Part shown: one piece after another, positions 26,501-40,100 of the stretch
Numbering within the stretch: position 1 is the stretch's first letter
How the letters are laid out: the number at the start of each line of letters is the position of its first letter
Origin: Ophelia neglecta
Taxonomy: Eukaryota
NCBI GenBank assembly: GCA_965285935.1
Contig: OZ260663.1
Coordinates: forward strand, 46,190,001 to 46,254,000
Direction: 5' to 3'
Length of the DNA: 64,000 bases
The notes under the pieces: generated by a model
Seen by the model: only the letters and a program-made list of their open reading frames with translations
Told to the model about the DNA's origin: nothing
The model's database searches: none
Translations under genes and position numbers: made by a program

Positions 26501-29500
26501 TCGTTTAAAATTCCTTTTGCTCCGAGAAAGTTAGTTCCCAGGACATTTGGATTGATAAAGTAACAAAACCAGGTCTTTTTGGGCTGACGACACTTTGGGC
26601 CCATGGCATTTCTTCCATAGACTTGTTCTGCCTATACTGAAGGGACGTCCCTCATGACGTTTTTCATCGTGACGGAATTGGTGTGAGTCGTTATAGCTTG
26701 AAGACGTCACGTTAGCGGGGTAGGACCATTCGCGGAGAGACTTGAAATATTTTTTGGATCCTGTCTTTATGCCGAAATGTAAGGACTCATACCCGGACTT
26801 TCATGGTAAACCTAACAACGCTAATAATAGAAATGGCCTCACTGCAATAAAAATGACCACATTCTCGTTCATATTATATTTGCCTATAAGGGGGTGGACA
26901 ATGGCAGAGAAGAATATAGATCTACCATGGTTCTATTAATCTCTGACCATTGACCATTGGTGTAAGGATTTCTGTTAATAAAAATAGTCTGACTTTCAGT
27001 CTAAAATGTCTTTAAATTATAGTTCCCTGTACTTCTAATTAAGTCAAGTCATTTTATCTCAATGTCATTTCATCTCCAATAATTGTTTGTCCCCGTAATA
27101 TTTCTACCACAGATTTGTTTGTCCACAGCACAATTATAGACTTCACTGACTTTCAGTCACTTGTTATTCCAGGCTTTCGAGGACATTCTCCTAGGAGGCC
27201 ATACGTGTCATCCTCAGAAGTTTTGAGCCAAGCACATTTCCCACTCAGACCTATTCGTTTAGTTTTACCATTTCCTGGTTAAATTGGGTATTTAGATAAA
27301 CGCAAGTAGAAATGTCACAAATGCCGTTCAAGCCCCATTTTAGTTCATTTTTTTTGTTGCCAGTCGTCCTAGACATATTCCTAAACCTTAAAAAGAACAC
27401 ATCAGGTGATCACATGTAACTAGTAAACTAAACTATGAAAATTCAAATAAACGAGTAATAAACAGTGGTGTCATTTAAATGCATAATTGTCTGCTGTTTA
27501 CGATGCTAGGGAAATGCCCAAATTCATATTTTTTAGTTAAAGAGGAAGATATAAAGCAGGTTCGGTCAGGAATTGCTATTATATCTCACTGGATAGGTAC
27601 AGGCCTATAACATGTACCGATGTGCCTGGCGAAATTTGCATTTGTACAGATACCTTCTATGTCAATGTCAGAAATTACAATTTTTTGTTTACTTTGATTG
27701 ACAATCTTAAATCTAAATACCCCCCCCCCCCCTTACGACTATTAGCCTTTAGCGAAGTTTCCTATACTCTATGAAAGAGTGGACCTAGCCAAATACGTTG
27801 ATTTGATCTGAGTTCATTAAATACAATGAAAAGAATCTCCACCGAACGCTACAGTTTGCTTAAACACATTTCAGACTTAGGCCAGAAATAAACTGAACAG
27901 TTATATGTTTCGATTGGAAAACAACGGCAAGGCTTATCATTTGCGCACTGATTTCGTTGAAATGTGGATTTCACTTTAATTGATGAGATTTTTACTAAAC
28001 TTTTGCTTTACTTAATTGTTGCAAATTTCTAGTTTATTATTTAAAGCCTGCAGATAGTCATCGGCCAACCATGGAGGAAAAAGGGAAGAGGAACAGGAAG
28101 TGACGTAGGCAGAGTTTTCAAGCTCGTTGAAGTAACGTTCTACTCGGTGATCCACGCGTGAAGAGGTGAGCAGGCCTGCAGAGCGAGATAAACGGAAAGC
28201 ATAGTTGGACATTTCAGGAAAAGGTATCTATTGTTTCATCAAACTAAGTACAGGATATGAATATATTAAAGTCCATTGAACCATGACACTAATTGCCCCA
28301 CTTATGGTGAGGCAAAAGAAGACGCCTCGTTTTGTACCACTGCATGTAAGTAGTCCCGCTTTGCCCTTTAGCAACGATTCAGTTAATCAGGCCCCACAGA
28401 TGCAAGATCCCAGTTTTTTTTTATTGTTTTTTAACTTTGTTTGACAGACATATGTAAATGAATAAACACTTACGTTATCCGGTGTTTTTACTGACGCGTA
28501 CACAGTGATTCGCTGACTCGTGATTCCCCATAACACGCTTTTCAATGTTTTTATACCATCCTGCCCAAATGGTTAACAACTCTTCAAAGTCCTATATTCT
28601 TACTATATTCTTACTATATGTTTTCTATATGGTAGCAATCACCCGAGATCGAAGTTTTGCTGATATACGACATCAAAAACCACTTCGAAAAAAATGGGGA
28701 TAGAAAGCGTTGCAGTGTATATTGGGATGGACTCCACTCGGGCAATTTCTAATTGTTGTTTTATAATCCTTTGAATCTAATTCGGATTGAAATTTCTAGG
28801 AACCAACCTTAATATGCTGAATATTGAATGCTGCCTGGTGTACCTTCGGAAATGCCTTAGGCCTATTTGATTTTAGAACAAATTGCTTAAAGATGACCGC
28901 TAATTATTATGATGTCATGTGACAACTTCATTCTAGCGTTCACCGTGTGCGACATGATTGAAAATAATGGCTTACACACCCTGCGTTATTTGTCTGGGTG
29001 ACAAAACAACGGATGGTAAGACCCGACGACTGTGAAAAAGGGCGTCGCCATGCCAACCAATCAGACCCAAGGTCTATTGGGATTCGAGTTTTTCGCGCCC
29101 AGTGAAGAGCTCTTTCCTATCGTCTGGCAGCCTGATCATGTACTTGGGAGCCTAAGACAATCTGACACTACTCCAGAAGGGTCGGAGCCTCATAAAGACA
29201 CCAACTCTGGATAATCTGCCGTTTTAATTATGTATTCAAAACTTCATAACACGCTTGAGTGGCGATTGAATAAGTTGCATCGCGAGAGAGGCCCAGTGAA
29301 TGAATTGTCCATCGATCGATCGAGGTTAGAATATTGAAGATGGTTTTGATAACTCCTTACCCGAGTAAGAGGCTGAAGTAGATCGTATGGATTTTTATTT
29401 CATTAATACCAGGCAAGCTAGAAAACACTTCACTGAACACTTGATTGAAAAGTAAATTTTTACGACAGCTGAATGGGGTTTGATATTCTTGCGAGCCGCA

Positions 29501-31059
29501 TCACTCATTTTGTTCCGAGGTGATTACGTAGTAGAATTTTGAGTGTGTTGATTGAGGTCAGTCCCGGGTCGATCCGTGTAGGAGAGCAATGCCTCGAAGG
29601 AGGCCCATCATCGGGGCTAGGCCGACCATTACGCTCCGAATACTGCTGTCATGGGCCCATATGAATAATTCCCCTCTTTGGGTTTTATCTTGCCCGGCAC
29701 CAGCCCGATGTTCTGGCCAACATTCCCATCAATCCCTGGTTCTGATTTGCAAATCGCTCTTATGGAACGTGAAATTTTCATTAATGGCTACGATTAGTTC
29801 ATATTTCATGGACGAGAAAATCAAACGATCATTGGCGAGCTGCCATAAATCATTTGGATCAACCCGCAGGAATTGAATTTTATCACTGCATGGAGAGGCG
29901 TCATTGGCGGCACAGAGATGTACAGATTTGATAGTCTTAATGAAATTTGTCACAACGCTAGTATATGGCACATTTCGACTCCCGAAAGGACTTTAATAGT
30001 TTTGTAGTAAACCCACGTCTAGCGACATTTCTCTTTCCTCGGGATGTGAAAGCAAATCGCTTGGGAGGTAGAAAGAAAACGCTGGCGGGCGTCTGCCAAT
30101 TTCGAGGGATGCTATCATACACTGAACTGCAGGAGTGATTCTATAGGGGACCATTCGTCATGTCGGATAGGGCCGTCCCAGCACCAGTGCAATTTCTTCA
30201 GAGCTGATGGCTCAGTTCGACTGCATCTTCTACTCGATATACAGCATATCTCTACTCGTAATCAAATTAAGCGCCTGATCGAGTTCATCCGATGGCTAAA
30301 TTAAAGTTGTCAAATTAGTAAAACATTTGCCTCCAGATTGACTCTACAAGCGGTCGTTTGCTCGCTTGGCGTTGATCTCTAACATCCGGACACGTGATCG
30401 GCATACATATCACGTGGTTGATGGCGGACGCCAGACTCGGTGGTGTCGGCAAGACCGACGTTAAAGTCGGCCAAGCTGCGTTGTGATGCGCCAGTAATAA
30501 CTCTCGTCTATCTAACTTCTGCTCCGGAATGTTAAATCACATCCCTAAATGATCTCACGTTTTACTTAACTTTTCATTCACAATTCCATGGGCTTTACTT
30601 GGCCTATAAGATGTCCATCGCTTTACGAACCTCGGACAAGGGCATATACAAGTCATTATTTCTAAGAAAGGGATAATTTAACAAGACCATGACATGCATT
30701 TCTTGTAAGTACCGACATATGAACTTGTAGGTTTTGGGTAAAAATATTACGTATTGGAAATTCAACCATAAGTCCCAATTAACCTGGTCAAGGTCAAGGT
30801 AACATTATTGAACACGAAACCAAGAACATTCCGAAAACTATCCATAAATGTCTGACCATCTCACGACTAATTAAAAGTCAAAACTAATATATATATAGAT
30901 CAATTTATTGTGCTATTTATTGAAAATGACTGTCTTTCCTGTGATATCCAATATTACAGTCATTGTGCATGTGTTTTCTTCTGTGATGTTGATTTATAAG
31001 GTGCATACTTTTCTCGAACATAACATAGCATAAGTTCGGTGATTCTTTTCCAGAGTATT

Positions 31060-31148
31060 GTTCTATATATATACTGTCCTGCTATTATCACTGTACAACT
31101 ACAATGTTGTAAAACATTAGGCTGAATAAATACAACTACTACTACTAC
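31060..31148 (+). mobile_element. 3' tail of a non-LTR retrotransposon or SINE
   Basis: AATAAA followed immediately by TACAACTACTACTACTAC, an (ACT)n tail typical of CR1/L2-type 3' ends. The 5' extent is uncertain. Confidence 0.45.
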
Positions 31149-34100
31149 TTTATCGCTCCTTTTACATTTTTATAAAGATCATTCCCAGGGTGACCCGAAC
31201 AAAAAAATAATTCGGGTTTCAATCCACATGTGGTTCGAGTTGAGCAAAAGGGGGCATACTTATACAAGTCTAGGTACATGCAGCCAATTTTTAATTCATC
31301 AAAAATGACATTTTTTTATACAGAGGGACTATATTTCAAGACGATCTAATATGATGTTGTATTCATATATTTTGGAAAATAATTAAAGTATTTGCTTTAT
31401 AATTAATTGTATAGCCTATAGCTCTTAGAGACAAGCTTAAGTGTCTATCTTCAGCGTCGTTATCATTTTTTTTCATAGTCAGCTGACACATTTCATACTT
31501 TTTGAAAATCAACATTGCGAATTACTCATAAGAAGCTGGGGCTTAAGCTGTAGACGGCCTGGGAGTCCATTTTGGTTCTGGAGGAAGGGTTGCACTGGCC
31601 ATTTGCTGATGACAGAGATTTAGCTGACGAAATGAAAGCCCAATCTATCATTCTCAGCCGCCTGGGAGACGCTTTAACGTCTCAGAGGAGTTTACAAATG
31701 GAAACGCTTTCTCGGACACTTTATTCACGTCCAGAATTTTCCGTTACTTTCTCTGCCTTCTGTTTTGGTAAATAAGAAACCATTAAGACCTGTCATTAAA
31801 GGTATTTGAGTAAGTGCATAATAAGGAGTTTATAGTAAAAGGTGTGATTCAAACATTGTAATGGTTCCTCTACTTGAATGACAACTCCTGCAGCCATGGA
31901 CATCTAGATCCTGGGACTCGGATCATCCGTATTTAATTTAGTCATTAGCTTACTCAGAAGATCTGGAGCCTTACAAGACTCAAGCGTATGCAGCACACGA
32001 CACTATCAAAGCTGCCAGTGGTCTTACTCTAGGATTTCAAAGCACGTTGTCCTAGGCACTCGACGGTTGTCATATTTGTCCAACACTAATCCATCAACCA
32101 ATTGTTATTGAAGGGGTACCGTGCAGAACCGCACGGTTTTGCTCACGCGATGCTTTTGACGAATTATTCGTCAACGGCGGTCTAGCTATGTTGCAATTGC
32201 TAAGAGAATGACTGCAATTACATTGGCCATCTGGGCTCCATTGTGTCGATGGTGTGATTCTGGCAATGCTCCCCTGTCTTGTTTTTTAATACAGAACCGA
32301 GTTGCAGACGACAACACCCTATACCATGTGTGGGCCCCGTTTTATTTCGGGATGCCTTCAAGATTGGAAACCTCAGGGGGCTGACTCGGATAATCCAAGT
32401 CAAATGACCCAGAAAACAAGACCGCGAGCATGGTCTCCAGAATGTTAAGTGACCCTATTATCTGCCACTTCTTGGTGTTCAACACTGTTACCCTTGCCCG
32501 AGAAGACACAGTACTTGTATTTCACATCACTGGATTGTATGCTTTAAAAGAAGCGCACACCGGATTTAATGCGCACTGTTAGACGCGTTTAGGAAGCCAA
32601 GGACAGATAACATGTATTTACAAATACATATTGCCACCTTTTGAACACTTTTCAAACATAAAAGCCTGGTATGTTAGATATAACCATTAGGTTTGCCTGT
32701 AGTAATTATTTTGGTTTAACAAGTTACTGACAATATTTGCACCACTAAAACAGAATAAAATGTCTATTAGAAAAACAATTTTCTCCGATTACCATCACCA
32801 TTAGGATTGAGTTTTCACAAATCCTGCTAATCCCTCCATCCCAGCTCCAGCCCGAGCTGCTGATACCGTTGTTGATAATTGGTTTAATCCACGATGGTCG
32901 TTTATTGGTCGTTGGATCGATAATGTCATTTCGGAGGACTGAAGTATAATGAACTCTGTCCCTTAGCCCCTCCTGCCTCAGCCCAATCTCTCTTCTGCAC
33001 CCTAAGTCCCCCCAATTTGTCCGGGCCCCAGGCATTTCTGGCATTATATCTAGCGACATCCTGACCCCCGCGTCATTAACACTAGTCAATTCAGGATCAC
33101 AACTCGGCTGGCGAGCTCACGGAGGGTTAGCGACAAAACCGAGGTTGCTCGATGTTTTAAACATCTGCCCTCCGAATTGGAAAGACTGGTGAGGATAAAT
33201 TAATTTTGTGGCGAGTTTGACTGCTTTAAGACTGGACAGGTGCCGGAATGCAGACATGAAATTTGCATAAGCCATTCCGTTTGGTAACCTCTTGCCCTGG
33301 AGGTGTTGTGCAGGCAGCCATGGTTGACAGCTAGAAAATTGAGTTTATTAAAAGCGCTACAACGGAGCCTCTTGTTCAGTGATCGAGATGACATCTTTTC
33401 CCAAGCCTGTCTTGTGTTTCGCCGCAAACCAATCTGATTTACACGGCCATCGCAAAGACGGGCTACTGAGCAATTTACAACTCTATGACAAACTAGTCTA
33501 TAGAACGAAATTAAATATTCCCAAAACGTTTACAACTACAAATGATGTATTTAACGTCAATACGTGGCAAAAGCCATGCATGCCTCGCTGTTTATCAGTT
33601 CTGGAGAATAGAGTGTATATTTAAAACAATATATAATATTTAGGTTTGTTCTGCGCGCAAAAAATAATGTGATCAGTTTATTTATTTATTCTATTTATTC
33701 CATTAGCAGTGTTTTACATTTAGATTCAGGAAGCTAGTTTGTTCCCATTAGCCAGCAACAAACCATATCCCAGATTTATTTTCTGTAATATGATGATTTA
33801 TGCTTATAATGAACTCGACCCAAAAGAGAAATACAAATATATTATAAACCTACTGGATAAAGGCAAGAAGTTTAAACACTATTATCCTTAGCTTTAAGTT
33901 TTCATTTTAAAGTTGTCAAATACATCAAATTCACTGTTAAATTCCTCCTATTGTGCATATTAGCCAGAACATCTTTAGCTCTATGGATATTTTCGCTCAA
34001 TCGGTAGAAATATTAATATCGCTGCTATTATTTTTTTGAAGTTCATAAATTGGAAAGTTTCAACGCAATTCGAAGAGAATTCCGGGAGCAAATAATGTTT

Positions 34101-37100
34101 TAGTTTGCGGGAGAGTCTTTGTACCAAAAACTTCCAGATATTTCCAAATCGTTGAAAAACATCTTTTCCATAAATAATCATGACTACACCAGAATGTAAT
34201 AACCTTAATGTCATTGTATTTTGTTAAGGTGTGAAATTCGATAACATCTAATGTATTTTACAATGGCATATTATATTTCAATAAGGTTACTATTCTTAAT
34301 TCAGATTTTATATATACGTGAATAGCCACATAACGGCAATTTGTTTGTCTCCTTTATAAAAATAATACCTTTCGTCATCATTCACCATTTATAGACCTCA
34401 ACATCATGAAAACAAAAGACGAAATAAAACGAAATACAATATAAATCTTGCACACAAGGGCATTATGCACAATGGCAGGGTAACCAGATCTAGAATTTTG
34501 GGGTAAATACAATTTTCTAAATTGCAAACTTGCTTCCAGTGACATGCATGTATGTATTGAGTTTATGTAACATTGACTTTACGAGTATAATAATTGAGTA
34601 GTATGTACAGAATTGCGCTTGCCAAACCGACCCTGAACACCGTCCCAATTACATTGGTGAGGAGGCCTGGTGTTTAAGTGACCAGTCAGAAATTACCAGG
34701 GCGAGGGAGTGAAGCGTTGAAATCCAAACAGTTACCTAACAAATAATTTGGCTCCAACCTGCATTAATCATCCCAATTTTTGTACCGGTCCACTTTTCTC
34801 CGGTTATTTTTGCAGTTTTCCTCACTTGCAGGACATGATCGAATTAATTCCTTCATCCTGGAACAATGAGTGAAGCCAGCTTCAATCTATATTTATTTGA
34901 TAGTTGAACGATCCTTTTCTAACCGTTTGGGTCAATCGCTCTATTTACAAGTCGATCCTTACCGGGCGGCCCTTAATTCAAAAATCAAAATGTTCTCAAT
35001 ACTCCATTATTATCACCTACCTTGAACATGGATAATCTACTTCTATCGCATCAGAGCCCCCCCCCCCCCCCCCAATACGACTCCTTAGATAACCGTACCA
35101 TGAGGTTCAAAAGAAAAAAAGGGGACAAAATACCTGGCAGACAAAGCCAAATCATAGTCTAGAATACACCATCAGATCGGTTCGATATCATCAGTAACCC
35201 GGCAGCGAAAGTTCTCTCACAATATAGACTATAGATAAAAGTGTCTCAGAAGACACAAGAGCTAAGAGAGGTGTAAAAGTTCCCTGAATACTAAAAAAGG
35301 ACAATGGTATTAAATCTTCACGGTAGTACAATATATAATATCAATTACGTAATTTGCATGAACCAGCCACGCTGTTATTGAACCCGTGCATCTGCAACGT
35401 ACGATGTTATATATGTATGAAGCAGATGGACATGGCCCCTAGCCCTAGGATGAGTGAAATAGATCACTCAAACCATCGCAGTCTTTTACTGGGTAGGTGT
35501 TAAAACAGTGGCATCTAGAGCCTACACATGAGCAGTCTAAATGAGAGTCATCTATCATATTCTAACTCGCCTTGAGTCTGTTAAAATCATTTACTCGATT
35601 TCACAAGTCCTCAAGGAAGGTTTTATTTGAATAAATGCGTGGAATATTTTTCCGTGAATTTGAAAAATGCCCGTTGTGACTAGCAAAGTTCGTATCCCTT
35701 GGCCAAAAAATTAACACTAGGGCCAACTTCAGGAAACTGCCACTGGTCAAACCACTTTTGCCTAAGTAGTGTTGTCTTATGATTATTTTTTAAACAAGTC
35801 AAATTCCTTAAAACTGGTAAATTACAAATCTTGTATCATCCATGAAACAAAAATTTATCTGAAAGGTTAGTTTTTGAGGCAATTCGTTTTATATAGAAGA
35901 GATCATGTACACTCTGCTGATAAATATTCAATTCCAGGACAATCGCAATTTGCCGTAACCAAAATATGCTAAATTTTAGACGCGCGGTTGCTTGGAGAGG
36001 GATTGATAATAGACATAAATACTCGGTCTTATATGAAATCAAACAGGCCGATAATATCTTTGTCGTAGAAAATACAGTACAATACAAGTGCATGGCAGAA
36101 ATCGACGTGCCCTCTGGCGAATAAGCGATAAATGGATGATTTCCGATAATGCTTGCATACTGCTTTATGGCTATTGGCTGAATGCAGTATTCTACCTACT
36201 CAAATAGTTACTTTGAAAATCCAAAGAGTAGCAACAATATAGTTTGAGTCTTTCACATTGACACTGAAAAGAATGTAATAAAAGTGACAATGGTTGATCT
36301 TGCAAATAATAAAACACTTCAAATAATAACAACTTATGGCCCCCTTCTGTTTACCTCAAATGATAGACGATGTACTATTTTATGATTATACTGTCCACAG
36401 GTTAAAACTAATGATCTAGTTCAGTTAATAGCGTGTTTGTTTTCTAGAGAAATAGTCTTATAGCTTCAATGATTTAACGTCATTTTCGGTGTCATGTGTT
36501 CAGTCAGGAAAAGTTCTTAAGTTTGACGTCTGAGTTATCAAGGACTACAGTGCAATACTTTCGGAGTAGCCTCTACCAGCCCTCAACTATATCGCCCATC
36601 AAAAGGACATCTTAAACAGCTAAAACTGCATGCCCCTATGACAATGCCAGTTCATCGAATATCTCGTTTGCCAAAAGCCTACTTGGGTCCGTAGAATACT
36701 ACATTACAAGTAGTAGTAACACGGTGCCGATAACACGGTACAAGGTCATATCAAAGAAGAATTATTAAAGTAGTTACGTTGCCCATTATGCAGAATGGGT
36801 TTATTAAGTTCTGAGTAGGAAAAGGTAAAGCTTATATTAATGTAGACAGCCAAACGAAAGCTGTGGCCTCTTAGTAACGGCTAATGTGAATACAATATTG
36901 ACAGTCTAGTAACCATTTTGCATACCAAGGACACACATGGGATATATGGGTTAGTACTGAATTATAATGACTGATATTGTATATTCGTTTGCTACCATAG
37001 GTAGCTTTCGTAGCCGCTTTTTTGGGTTAATCAAACAATCAAAACTCTGCATGCTGTTTGTATTGAGCTTTTTCCGCTGGCAAGCTATTCTTATGATATT

Positions 37101-37174
37101 CTCACTAGTACTAATACTTGCTGTCGGATTTTAGGTAAAGCTGCGTAGCTAGTCGAATTACGCCGGTAGATAAG

Positions 37175-40100
37175 ACTAGTTCCTAGTTCCCAGTTCGAAT
37201 TAGGAAATGAAACTCAAGCCATTTCCTTATTCCAATTCCTAGTTCCTTATTCGAAATAAACCTACCAACCGAAATCTGAGCACACAATATCACTATCTAT
37301 GACCCCTAGTGTTCATTTCTGGCCAAAAAGAATCAAAATACGGCGATTTTTGGCTCATTTTCGCCCATTGAAAGTTGAGGGGAAAGAGGGCGCCAGCCGG
37401 GATAGCCTACCTGGCGCCGCCGAGATGGCCAAGAGGTCGGAGGGGGTATAAAAGGTGCGGGAAAACATGTAAAATTGGCCATCTAGAAATGATCCCATGG
37501 GAGCGTGAAACGCCTATAAAACACAAGTACCCGTGGCAAATAGGGCTAATGAAATATGAACTGACAGCTCCCAGTTGACGCCGTTATTATTCGCTGTGAG
37601 GGTGAAATCTATATCGAATGAGTAAATAGCCCCATATATTCTGGATAGAGAAACAATATTAAATGTGCCTTAGCAAAAGTTCCAAAACAGTCTTCCCTAT
37701 TACTCGCATGTGTGCTATGTTCTCGAGGAAACACTTTTATAATTTCATAGAAAAATATTTACTCGTATCATGAATGAAAAATTACTCAGGTCACCTGTTA
37801 GGTAAGAAAATTACATCGCAATTGTGAGTTAAATGAAAAACATATTCAACACTGAATTGAAACTTATTCAACAAAACTACTTTATTATTGATGTAACCGA
37901 TCAGAATGACACTAAATGTTAAATGTACCAAAAAAATTTAATTATCACAGTTCAGTGATTAGATACTTCATTTTGAACTAAGGTATTCCAAATACGGCCT
38001 ATCATTGACCAATGGACCATACTACAAATGGACCATATTATAACTTTTCTCTTTTCACCAAAACTCTTTAGAGGATAAAGGGGAATATAAGGAACAGAAT
38101 CATAAAAAATGACAGGGGTCACCAGCCTTTCTATGACTAAAAATATGTCCAAGGTTTTTGTTGTTAACTTGAGAATAGGATGATTGTGGTAAACCAAGAA
38201 TGGGAATATATTTGTACCTCTCTCCAAGGCGATCATTTTAATATTAAAATCGGGTCTAAGAAAAATCTTGGTAGAAGAAAATTTCATTGATTATTTCTTT
38301 GTGATTGAAAATGGGTGAGAGTGAAGGAAAATCTACTAGAAACTTTTCTCACGAAAGTGCACATTTTTGCTTAAAGAGTAACTTTGCATTAAAGAAAACA
38401 GCCTCCCATACTACTTTCGTTTTTTAAGTATTGTATGATTCATTTTTAATTTCTGTCATAAAATAATTTCACTTCTGTTTCAATTGTTTGCCATTGTATA
38501 TCTCACCAGTTTTCTCCCTATGGTATTTGTTTGAGGAACATTGACTTTCTTTCAATAATTCTTACTTCGTAGATTCTGCAAAATAATAATATTTAAGTCT
38601 GAAAAATGTTACAAACGAGGGGTTCTAAAGTAAGTTCAGTGCGGTGGAGTAAGCATAGGAATTTTAGATGCATATCGAAATGTGTAAGGTAATAGGCACT
38701 ATACAAGTAATGGTACAATAAAACGGATGTATATGATGGTAAAAAAATTGATGAGCCTACATTTCATTTTCCGGTTGTGCAGACTGGAGTTCACAATTAA
38801 GCTTACAACAAATGTGCATGACGCAATTGTCTTGAACTATCGACCATGAATATTTTGTCCAAGAGTATGATTGTAATGTCGAACAAAAAACAGTGAATAG
38901 AGACTAATTACCAAGTGTACCTTTCCTTGCTTCTATTGCACAATGTATATTCAAAGCGAAGTAGAGGCATAATCATTGAAAATACAAGTTATAATTTTAC
39001 ACACTCGATTAGGTTGTGCACGAACAAATTATACCTAACTTTTACATAAGTGAGCTTATTCTAAATGAGAAACTAGAGACTTTACAAACTACTAGAACTA
39101 CAAATATCTGGTTTATCATCCAGTAGAATGTATTTTAAAATTGATAATGTTGGTTGGGGTTTTTACGTGGCTTTCAACACTTATCGGTCATATCGCCACA
39201 GTGCCTACTTGTGATAGTGGGCTCAATGCCCTCTTTAGAGTGCTGTCTCACTGGAATACCTGCCGTAGACACCAGACAGGGAACCACACCCAGTCACATT
39301 ATACTGACACCGAGTTGATCAGTCCTGATACTACCCCCGAAATACCGGGCGCCTGGCAGGGGAGCTATACTATCAGTACCTATTTTTACGTCTTAGGTTT
39401 GACGCGGTCGATCTTCGAACCCCGATCTCCCACTTGCGAGGCGGACGCCCTAACCACTCGGCATTGCTTTGATGGAAAAAATGGTGAAGACTCCCTGTAT
39501 TTTGTGTCGAAAATACCTTGAATTAAATCGTCAGTTGGGAGGCTATTACCATATTCGATTTTGATTTTCAATGGGCTAAAATGGGCCAAATATCGCCGAA
39601 TTTTGTAAATTTTTGGTCAGAAATTTGTTTCAGGGGTCATTGAGAGTTGAATGGGAGCATTTAATTTTAGGTGGATTGCGTAGTTTGGACATTTCCATAT
39701 TCAATTTTGATTTTCTATGGGCGAAAATGGGCAAAAAATCGCAGAATTTCAAGTTTTTTGGACCGGAAATGTACTTTGGAGATGGAATAAGTTTGATTCA
39801 TGTAGTTTTAGAGTGATACTTTTTGGATAGTTTTTTGGATAAGGAACTGGGTATTCGAATTAGGAACTGGCCAGTTCCTAGTTCGACTTTGTATTTATAA
39901 ATGCAAATAATGGTGAAAAATCGCGTTGCCTTTATGTCTTATGACCTGGTAGGTATAGCAGGAGATAAGTCATCTTTGGAAGCTACTGGAAGCAGCCTGG
40001 AATGCTTAAATTGGCTATTTATTTACTCTCAGCGGTTAATGAATAGTGAATCGTGAACTGCCATTTCCTACGGCGCCCGGTAGGCTATCCCAGCTGGCGG

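Noticed and set aside
31605-31636. Hammerhead ribozyme core CTGATGA...GAAA
   Set aside because: The stem II closing pair is C-C, and stems I/III cannot be formed convincingly.
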